DNA from: a virus
Reading direction: 5' to 3' (one strand)
DNA: 64,000 bases
IMG/VR virus record: IMGVR_UViG_3300012178_000001
Coordinates: 28,495 to 92,494 of that record
Shown: positions 50,952 through 59,587 of the stretch, piece by piece
How the letters are laid out: every line of letters begins with the position of its first letter
Position numbering within the stretch: the first letter of the stretch is position 1
The notes under the pieces: generated by a model
What the model was told of the DNA's origin: nothing
Database searches by the model: none
Seen by the model: only the letters and a program-made list of their open reading frames with translations
Translations under genes and position numbers: made by a program

Positions 50952-51921
50952 TATCTATCCAGATATCATTAGTTTGTGGTGAAGATGGTGCTGATGTACT
51001 TACTGTAACCTCAGGTTGCTTATTAGTACCAACGTAATATCTATTTCCGCTTTTAACCCACATTCCATCAGTACCAATTGCTCCTGCTCCTACACCATTA
51101 GTACACCACACCATTTGGTGTCCTCCTGCCATAGTTCCGCCAGTTGGATTATTAGTATGCTTATATGCTAAGCCATATAGATTACCAAATGTTGCACCAC
51201 TGTCATCAACCCTATATGATGTTCCCATAGACCATATATGGTGTATATCATAGGAACTATAACTTCCATATATACCTGCATCACAATTTGATGTAGAACC
51301 ACCTGTAGATATCGCACCAGATATGTTATCATCTGAATCACTTCGTACAAAACTACCAGAACTTAATCCATCTAGCTTATCAGAGTCATTCATTTTACCC
51401 AGTGAAGTTCTTAATGATGCAAGGGAAGTTGGTCGAACGTAATTGTTATTACCATTACCTGTTTCTACTTGTGTCATTATATAATTAGGCGATGTATTAT
51501 TTGTTGTATACGTTGGTCTCAGTAGTCTAACTTCTAAGTCTCCAGAACCATCTCTTAGTGCAATTGTACTACCTACACTATCAGTAGATAAACCATAACC
51601 ATCTACTTTATCAGCATCAAGTCCACTACCAGAACCATCGTTTCCAGCATGCCATATTTTATTATTATTTATAAATAATTCTCCACCGTTAGTTCCATCT
51701 GTATGAAGTCTAGCATCATAGTCATTCTCATTTTCAGAATGATGAAAATCTAGATATCTACCTACTTCCATTACTCCATCAGACTTTACTGCCGCAATGT
51801 AAGGATATGAAAGACCTCCTGAACTAGGTGCAACTAGGGCGGGTGCAATACTTTCTATATTTCCTGTATGGATTGCTAGGAATCCGCCTATCCTAGTACC
51901 TCCACGTAATCTATCACTCAT
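50944..51921 (-). CDS. Tail-fibre stalk protein
   Basis: DGVMEVGRYLDFH, IWHAGNDGSGSGLDADKVDG, APSSPQTNDIWIDIG. Confidence 0.8.
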   Translation of the reverse strand: MSDRLRGGTRIGGFLAIHTGNIESIAPALVAPSSGGLSYPYIAAVKSDGVMEVGRYLDFHHSENENDYDARLHTDGTNGGELFINNNKIWHAGNDGSGSGLDADKVDGYGLSTDSVGSTIALRDGSGDLEVRLLRPTYTTNNTSPNYIMTQVETGNGNNNYVRPTSLASLRTSLGKMNDSDKLDGLSSGSFVRSDSDDNISGAISTGGSTSNCDAGIYGSYSSYDIHHIWSMGTSYRVDDSGATFGNLYGLAYKHTNNPTGGTMAGGHQMVWCTNGVGAGAIGTDGMWVKSGNRYYVGTNKQPEVTVSTSAPSSPQTNDIWIDIG

Positions 51922-51924
51922 GTA

Positions 51925-54711
51925 TTATAACACCTCCCCAGTGTGTAATCCATTTGTTTTTATACCATCATTACTCATATTAGTTAATTCATTGGTTTCT
52001 GGTAATGTTCTTACATATATCTGTAATGACTGCCACTCTCTAGGTGTTAATTCATATTCACCAGATTCTCTAAAGTCGTTAGCTTCAGCATGTGAATTTT
52101 CAAAATAATCATTGTCTCCATAGAATGTAAACCAATCATTCTTAATAACACTAGAGGGTGTCGCCCCCATATACATACTTGGATTTGTTATTCCACCTAC
52201 ATATATTGGTGAATCAAATCTACGCCAACTATTCCCGTAACCCCAGAATAATGTATTGTTGGATGTAAAACCAACATCTTGAACTTCATCAAGTCCATGA
52301 AATTTAATTTGAGGGTAACTCCCATCACTCTGTGTGAATAACCAGTGTATATAAAATTTTATATTCTCTTTTAGTATGGCACGTTCAGTAGTAGTGGCTA
52401 TAGTGTATATATCTCTTGCATACTTATGAACTAACATCATTTGGTCAAATTCTACATTCCACCTATTAAAATTTTCATATTCCGCATCAAATGTATTTGA
52501 AGCCATTTCAGTTGCTATTCCATCATATACTAATGTCCATTCAGTGGGTCTAGTTTCTATACTACTTACTTTAACCACACCATTATTATTTATATTGAAA
52601 TTTTGATATAATAGTTTTTCAACTTCTAAGTCATTAAGCTTTCTATCATATATTGATATATTTTTAAATATACCACCCCAATATCCATTAATTATTAATT
52701 TATCAAAGTTTAAGTTAGATAAACCCACATCAGTTGATGGATCTCTAGGAATACTCCATGTGGTATCTTGTCCATCCTGACTCACAGCTCTTAGAACACC
52801 AGTGTTACCAGTCTTAGTAAATACAAATTTACAAGGAATATTGGGTAAAGATCTGAATTCCTCATGAACATTATGACTACTTCCATCAAATGCGTTACCA
52901 TCAAAATATGGTGCGTTGTTATAATTCCTAAAGACTAAGTTTGGACTAGTTGAACTCTCTATATAGAACATCTGTTGTCCATTAGTTATATTATCTGAGT
53001 CTGAGTTAGGTATAAAGTCAAAACTAAAGCTAAAATCCCCATCACCCATATCTACATCTATCTTGAATTCCGAATTTACCTTATTCTGATTACTAAACCA
53101 TGTTGCATGATCTAATTTCTGAGTTTGTGGCATGACAACATCTATCGTTCTAACATTTGAGTCCTTGGAATATAAATACATTTTATATGTACTTATGAAC
53201 TCTGTCATTCCTACATCTGCAGGTTTAAATGTATGAGTATATAGTTTCCATTCATCACTGTTTATAGTTATGACATTTGATGAATCGACTCTAGAACCTG
53301 AACTATTAATCCCTTGCACATTTAGGTTTACATCAACATCTCCAGGGTCATTAGTTTTAGCCCAAACACTCTGGGTGTAATATGAATTGGGATCTATAGT
53401 ACTATAACCCTCATATGTAGGTCTAATTAAAGTCCCTCTATAATCTCCACTACTGACTACACGTCTCATACCTTTAATACCAAACTCAGTATCTATAATA
53501 CTATGATTCACATATCCATTATTAGGGTCATTGCTAAGAATCCATGAAGAAGGGTCAGTACCATTAGTAACCATATTAAAACCACCACGGTCTATAGGTA
53601 ATCCCTTAAATTGTGTTTGTGTTGGTAATATGCATGATGTATGAGCTTCATTATTAGCAACGTTACTTAATACCTCAGTTATTGCATTCCCTTCACCTGA
53701 ACCTACAAAACCAACACAAATATATGACTTTCTGGATGTCCATTCCAGCTTATCTGAAGAACCACCACAATATTTTATAGCACTAGCCATTCCACTTGTA
53801 TATTTCTCAGGTGCATGACTACCACCAATTATAACAACATGATGTGATTCTAAATCATTTATAGTGTTTACAAATGCTTGTGCTTCTGCTGTTGTATCAG
53901 CATACACGTCAAAGCAGACTAATTTACTACTTAGTATTTTATTAGCACCATAATGATTAAACTCAGTATTAGAAAGAAATCTACAGGCTTTACTATCCCA
54001 TACCATTAAATTCCAGTCTCTATCAAAATTCTCTACCCTACTACCACCAATCCATACACCATCTTTAGTTTCTTGAGTGTAAGGTTGTGTCCATATATCT
54101 ATTTCATGCTGAATTAGGAATGGGCTAAATGAACTAACTCTAGGATTTCTAGATATACCATCTAATAATCTTCCACCATTTTCTCGTTTAACTATATTTA
54201 TATCTGGTATATACTCCTGCTCATTAAATATCACTCTATCTATTTTACCATCAATAATTATATATGTTTTATAAGGAGTACTTAAGTGACCTACAGTATA
54301 CCACTTATTTAACTCTAATTTTTGAATAGATGCATGATATCCATTGCTTATTTTAGCATACTCATAAACACTCACTTTTCCACTACTGTCAACAGACAAA
54401 TACACATTTGATATACCTTGTGTTTCAGGACCACTAGCCCATAGAAAACTATATCTTTCACTAGGGTATGAATTTAAGTACACTTCACTCTCTAGGTATA
54501 TAGTATCCATTAAACCTGTTTTAAAGGTACTCCTTTCAGTCTCTGGAAAGTCACCATCCCATGAAAATACATCACCACAGTTAATAGAGTTTGCATTAAT
54601 ATCCAATGGAAGATGCATCACTAGACCATCATCTATAGATGAACTTCTTGTATCTATGGATTCCTTGACATCTAGTTCTCCATTATTAGTTATTCTAGCT
54701 AATTCTTCCAT
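51925..54711 (-). CDS. Receptor-binding protein with LamG-like, ILEI/PANDER and CBM-like domains
   Basis: FDVY....AQAFVNTINDL...VVII...RKSYICVG (ILEI-like); YTQSVWAK...EWKLY (CBM-like); NISIYDRKL (LamG). Confidence 0.75.
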   Translation of the reverse strand: MEELARITNNGELDVKESIDTRSSSIDDGLVMHLPLDINANSINCGDVFSWDGDFPETERSTFKTGLMDTIYLESEVYLNSYPSERYSFLWASGPETQGISNVYLSVDSSGKVSVYEYAKISNGYHASIQKLELNKWYTVGHLSTPYKTYIIIDGKIDRVIFNEQEYIPDINIVKRENGGRLLDGISRNPRVSSFSPFLIQHEIDIWTQPYTQETKDGVWIGGSRVENFDRDWNLMVWDSKACRFLSNTEFNHYGANKILSSKLVCFDVYADTTAEAQAFVNTINDLESHHVVIIGGSHAPEKYTSGMASAIKYCGGSSDKLEWTSRKSYICVGFVGSGEGNAITEVLSNVANNEAHTSCILPTQTQFKGLPIDRGGFNMVTNGTDPSSWILSNDPNNGYVNHSIIDTEFGIKGMRRVVSSGDYRGTLIRPTYEGYSTIDPNSYYTQSVWAKTNDPGDVDVNLNVQGINSSGSRVDSSNVITINSDEWKLYTHTFKPADVGMTEFISTYKMYLYSKDSNVRTIDVVMPQTQKLDHATWFSNQNKVNSEFKIDVDMGDGDFSFSFDFIPNSDSDNITNGQQMFYIESSTSPNLVFRNYNNAPYFDGNAFDGSSHNVHEEFRSLPNIPCKFVFTKTGNTGVLRAVSQDGQDTTWSIPRDPSTDVGLSNLNFDKLIINGYWGGIFKNISIYDRKLNDLEVEKLLYQNFNINNNGVVKVSSIETRPTEWTLVYDGIATEMASNTFDAEYENFNRWNVEFDQMMLVHKYARDIYTIATTTERAILKENIKFYIHWLFTQSDGSYPQIKFHGLDEVQDVGFTSNNTLFWGYGNSWRRFDSPIYVGGITNPSMYMGATPSSVIKNDWFTFYGDNDYFENSHAEANDFRESGEYELTPREWQSLQIYVRTLPETNELTNMSNDGIKTNGLHTGEVL

Positions 54712-54728
54712 AATTCACCTCTTAAATT

Positions 54729-56165
54729 TTATCCGTTAAAAAATCCTAAACTACCGTCTGCATTTTCTTTTATAGTCCAACTACCAGTACCAAATCCACC
54801 GTCAGCACTCAATTTACCAGTAGTTGATTCATCCCCCGTATTATTTAAAAATCTACCATCTGCTTCGGTTTCTGTATAGTATTGAGAGTTATGTGTGTGA
54901 CTATCATTAGCCACCGTTACAGTCAATGTACCACCTGCTAAATCAGTCAATGTAAGACTACCTGATGCATCTCCACCTAATGTTATAGTTGGATCTGGTT
55001 TATTAGTTGCATTATTCCAATCTCTATAATAAGAACCATGTTGACCGTCTAATAAATCACTATCATCTGCAGTAGCATTAATTCCCAAGTACTCAGTATC
55101 ATGATTATGTGCTGTTGAACTTTTACCATTTAATGCAGTCTGTAAACCATCAACATTAGCAATCGTATGATTATGACTATCATCCGCAACAGTTGCAGTT
55201 AATGTACCACTTGCTAGATTAGTTAATGTTATATTACCTGACAAGTCACCACCTAAGGTTATAGTTGGGTCGGGTTTATTAGTAGCATTATTCCAGTCTA
55301 AATAATGAGAACCATGTTGCCCGTCTAGTAGATCAGCATCTAGTCCACTAGCAGAACCATCAACATTCTTTAATCCAGTAAGTATATCACTGTCTGCCAT
55401 TGTTGCATTATCTATATTAGTTTGCAATGTGTTTAGTTCAGTCTGTAGACCGTCAATATTACCAATAATATGATTATGACTATCATCAGATACCGTAGCA
55501 GTTAATGTACCACCTGCTAGGTTTGTTAATGTTATATTACCTGACAAGTCCCCACCCAATGTTATAGTTGGATCTGGTTTATTAGTTGCATACGTCCAGT
55601 CTCTATAGTAAGAACCATGTTGACCGTCTAATAAGTCAGCATCTAATCCACTAGTAGAACCATCAACATTCTTTAATCCATTCAATATGTCACTATCTGC
55701 CATTGTTGCATTATCTATATTGGTCTGCAATGTATTTAACTCTGTTTGTAAACCATCAACATTACTTATAATATGATTATGGCTATCATCCCCTACAACG
55801 CCAGTTATAGTTACATTACTAGTACCATCAAATGATACACTACCAGATATATCACCGTCTAATGATATAGTCCTAGCAGTATTTAATCTAGTAGCAGATA
55901 CAGCATTATCATTAGCTCCTAAGAATGCACTAGCATGCTGACCGTCTAATAAGTCAGCATCTAATCCACTACCAGAACCATCTACTTTTTTTACTTCCGT
56001 TAATATAGCATTTGAACCTATTTGTGATGCAGTTACAGAATGTGGATTATCTACTCTCTCAGGATGATTTTTTATATAATCTTCAAGATTATTTATACCA
56101 CCAAGTTTTAATCTACCCGTAACAATTAGCTCACCATATGTTATCGTTGATCCTAATTTTGCCAT
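54729..56165 (-). CDS. Tail-fibre stalk with HxH repeats
   Basis: MAKLGSTITYG; repeated GLDADLLDG / NKPDPTITLGGD / DDSHNH units. Confidence 0.85.
   Translation of the reverse strand: MAKLGSTITYGELIVTGRLKLGGINNLEDYIKNHPERVDNPHSVTASQIGSNAILTEVKKVDGSGSGLDADLLDGQHASAFLGANDNAVSATRLNTARTISLDGDISGSVSFDGTSNVTITGVVGDDSHNHIISNVDGLQTELNTLQTNIDNATMADSDILNGLKNVDGSTSGLDADLLDGQHGSYYRDWTYATNKPDPTITLGGDLSGNITLTNLAGGTLTATVSDDSHNHIIGNIDGLQTELNTLQTNIDNATMADSDILTGLKNVDGSASGLDADLLDGQHGSHYLDWNNATNKPDPTITLGGDLSGNITLTNLASGTLTATVADDSHNHTIANVDGLQTALNGKSSTAHNHDTEYLGINATADDSDLLDGQHGSYYRDWNNATNKPDPTITLGGDASGSLTLTDLAGGTLTVTVANDSHTHNSQYYTETEADGRFLNNTGDESTTGKLSADGGFGTGSWTIKENADGSLGFFNG
54961..55960 (-). repeat. Intragenic tandem repeats of about 280-300 bp
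   Basis: ccatgttg(a/c)ccgtcta recurs at 55036, 55312 and 55615. Confidence 0.85.
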
Positions 56166-59100
56166 TATATATTCACCTCACTTAATTCGCCTTTAGTATA
56201 GACTTGTCCGTCTAATGTCTCAATGTAGTTATCATTAGAATCTTTTCTACCTAAATCATAATTTATCTTTACTTCATTATCTGTTAATGCTCTATTGTAT
56301 ATTCTAACATCTTGAAATGAACCATCCCAATTATACGAATCACCGCTCACAGTTCCCGCTCCAACTAATAAATTTGAATTTAATGGGGGTGAATATGATG
56401 TTGTATTACCTGAAATAATATTACCATCCCATATTCCAAAACAGTTAACTCCATCAAATACTTGCCCCACCATATGCCAGTTAGTATCATTCCAATCTAT
56501 AGTGCAGTCTCTATATTCATTTTCACAATGAACTCTAAGCATATCATTTCTCGCCCATAGACCTGGATTCCATGTTGTACCTGAACCGAGAATTAAGTTA
56601 TTTCTACCTGTCCCTATTAGTGTATTTGCTCTAACCCAAAATATAATAGTGTACTGCTCGCTTGGATTTGGAGTAAATGGTAAAGTTATACTATCATTGC
56701 TTCCATCGAAGTAATAAGCCTTTTGACCTAACCCGCTAGTAATAGTTGCACCATTATTTATACCATCATTTCCCTTTCCACTATAATCTAGTGTATCTCC
56801 ATCTAGTTTCCAGTAACCTACTAATCCATCTGTTACACCTATTTCATTAGATGCTTCTGTTCCCTTAATTCCATTAGGGGTTAATACGTTTTCCCCGTAT
56901 ACAAATCCGTCTAATAACATTGGATCTTCTCTATAATCTTTAGTAAATGGGGTAGGATAATTCCTTTCCTCTAGTTGTATTGCACACCAGCTTAATTCTA
57001 CTGGAAGGTTGTCATCTGTATACATTATACTTCGAATATAATAGTCTCCATGATCTGTACTATTTGTTGTAAAAGTATAACTATATCTAGACCACTCAGT
57101 TGTAATAGTTTGTCCACTCATTGTTATATAATAATTGTCACTCAATCTATTTAAGGATATCCAATATTCATTAACCAACAATTCTCTACTTGCTTTTGAA
57201 TATACACTAATTGTATATGTTGTATTCGACTTTATATAGATGGGTCCATTTTCATTTTTATATGAACCACCTGAACCACCAACCGTTTTTATCATTTTTC
57301 TATAAGGCATGTTCATGTAGCCACCACTCTCTAAGTAAGTGACCTCAGCATAGTCTCCACCCCAATTAAAAGTAGAATAGACATTTCCATATATTTTATC
57401 TGAATAAAGAGGATGCTTCACTAAATTAACTGCAAATTCTACATTTTCTACTAATGTATGTGAGTTATAATTACCCTCACTATCCATAGTGGCTATCTGT
57501 TGGTACATTGAAGATATATCGTCTTGAGATAATGCACTTGTGTATAACCTAGTATCTGTCTGAGTACCATTACCATACTCACTAGAATGATTTTGTATTC
57601 TAAATTTAGTTTCTTCGATTAGTCTAGGTGTTGTAATACTACTATCAGTATTAACTAATACACCATTTATATATATTTTAATAGAATTCCCATCATACAC
57701 ATACGCTATAAATACCCAATCACCTATAACTAAAGGATTATTAACATCTACACTCTGAGTTCTAAATGAATTACCTGCATAAAAATATGGGTACCCAGAT
57801 TGATCTATCTTACATGAAAAATCTTCTTGAAGTATTGCTGAAAAGAAATGTGTGTAATCACTAAATGAAGATGGCTTATACCATGTTACTAATGAAAAAT
57901 CATTGTACCCTAACTTTATAGTATCCTTAGTCTCTATAAAGCTACTTGAGCCATCAAAATAATATGAACCACTTCCAAATAATGTATCATTGGTCCACTC
58001 AGGTGTAGTATCTATATTAACTATACCATCATTTCCTTGACCGCTACAATCACTTATAATTCCGTAATCTCTAATGCCATTTACGAATGGAGTTGCATGG
58101 TCTTTTACCTCTAATTGAATATCACTAACTTTAAAGTATGAACCTATTCGCTCAGGTGAATCAGCACTTGTAATATATAAATGTATAAATGTTATAGACT
58201 CACTAGTGTTATTAGTGTAAGTCCAACTAATTTTACTCATAGATTCCCTTGTTGCATATCCTGAACCAACTGAGATAGTAGTATTTGTATCATCAGTACT
58301 ACCATATATATGAAGCCTTATACCACCAGATTTAATTTCAGTTGACTGTTCATGTAAGAAACACGATAGTGTCACTTTCTCTCCAACACCCACGGATACA
58401 GTTTTATTAAGATTTACATCACTACTTGATAAGGTTATATTATTATCACCAGATGCAATTCTTTCAACTCGAACAGCGTTATCGCTATCTAGACCTTCGC
58501 CCTCTAGTAATGTATATGATGTCCCAGCAAACGAATCACCAAAGCCAGATGGACGCCAATTAGTTAGTGTTGTCAGTGGGTTAGTTAATAGGTTCTCAGT
58601 AGGCTCTACAAAGTTATCAAACTTATAATGTAATATCTTAGCTTTAGATAACTCATTTATCTCATCAGAGGATATCATACTATCATATATTCTAACATCT
58701 TCTAATTTACCATTAAAGAGTTGTGAAGGTGCCAGACCCCCATCATACTCTTGACCTAATGTGAATGTGTCATCTATATTCACAGTAGTTAAATTACCCT
58801 CAACTAAATTAGTTTGTCTTCCGTCCACATATTGATAAATTCTGTTATTATCTATATCAACATTTATAGAAATATGATGCCATTCTCCATCATTATATAA
58901 TGATGGTGTAGTAACATGACCCAGTGTGCCAGTATACAAATCTATTTTCCCATTAAGAATGCCAAATAATAAAGAGTTACCACCACTTGCAGTATTAAAC
59001 GATACTGTATGTAGAGATAATGCCGTAGTAAAATTAATCCAATAACTTATGCCAAAGCTTCTACCAAATACTCTTTTAGATATATCATTAGCTATAATGT

Positions 59101-59575
59101 AATCATCAACACCATCGAATTTTATACATCTGTCTAATTTACCATCTTCCGTAACTGGATTACCTACTGCTTTACCATCGATATTAGATATATCATCTTT
59201 GACATACTTAGTATTAGAATAAAGAGTCACATTATAAATGTGACCCCAATCCGCACTACCCGTATTATGGTAAATTTCAACCTTATTCATATAGTCGTCT
59301 AACATCTCTGGTGGTACTTTCCATTCATTAGTTTCTGTTACACCATTTGTTCCACTAACTGCATCAACTAATAGTACACCATTTATCTTTATATCTATTG
59401 CATTCTCTAGGTCATTCTGATTTATGCTTAAATACGTATCATCTTTACATACATTAGGTACACCTGAAAATTTAAATTCAAATGATTGCCCTGATGTAAT
59501 AATATACCAATCTCCGTCATACGACTCATTGAATTCCTCTACTGAATTTAATCTATATCTTGCTATCATACTCAT
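56165..59575 (-). CDS. Multi-LamG/CBM receptor-binding protein
   Basis: Three LamG domains, two CBM-like inserts (IQLE...TPF), ends KGELSEVNI. Confidence 0.85.
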   Translation of the reverse strand: MSMIARYRLNSVEEFNESYDGDWYIITSGQSFEFKFSGVPNVCKDDTYLSINQNDLENAIDIKINGVLLVDAVSGTNGVTETNEWKVPPEMLDDYMNKVEIYHNTGSADWGHIYNVTLYSNTKYVKDDISNIDGKAVGNPVTEDGKLDRCIKFDGVDDYIIANDISKRVFGRSFGISYWINFTTALSLHTVSFNTASGGNSLLFGILNGKIDLYTGTLGHVTTPSLYNDGEWHHISINVDIDNNRIYQYVDGRQTNLVEGNLTTVNIDDTFTLGQEYDGGLAPSQLFNGKLEDVRIYDSMISSDEINELSKAKILHYKFDNFVEPTENLLTNPLTTLTNWRPSGFGDSFAGTSYTLLEGEGLDSDNAVRVERIASGDNNITLSSSDVNLNKTVSVGVGEKVTLSCFLHEQSTEIKSGGIRLHIYGSTDDTNTTISVGSGYATRESMSKISWTYTNNTSESITFIHLYITSADSPERIGSYFKVSDIQLEVKDHATPFVNGIRDYGIISDCSGQGNDGIVNIDTTPEWTNDTLFGSGSYYFDGSSSFIETKDTIKLGYNDFSLVTWYKPSSFSDYTHFFSAILQEDFSCKIDQSGYPYFYAGNSFRTQSVDVNNPLVIGDWVFIAYVYDGNSIKIYINGVLVNTDSSITTPRLIEETKFRIQNHSSEYGNGTQTDTRLYTSALSQDDISSMYQQIATMDSEGNYNSHTLVENVEFAVNLVKHPLYSDKIYGNVYSTFNWGGDYAEVTYLESGGYMNMPYRKMIKTVGGSGGSYKNENGPIYIKSNTTYTISVYSKASRELLVNEYWISLNRLSDNYYITMSGQTITTEWSRYSYTFTTNSTDHGDYYIRSIMYTDDNLPVELSWCAIQLEERNYPTPFTKDYREDPMLLDGFVYGENVLTPNGIKGTEASNEIGVTDGLVGYWKLDGDTLDYSGKGNDGINNGATITSGLGQKAYYFDGSNDSITLPFTPNPSEQYTIIFWVRANTLIGTGRNNLILGSGTTWNPGLWARNDMLRVHCENEYRDCTIDWNDTNWHMVGQVFDGVNCFGIWDGNIISGNTTSYSPPLNSNLLVGAGTVSGDSYNWDGSFQDVRIYNRALTDNEVKINYDLGRKDSNDNYIETLDGQVYTKGELSEVNI

Positions 59576-59587
59576 TTATTATTTCAC

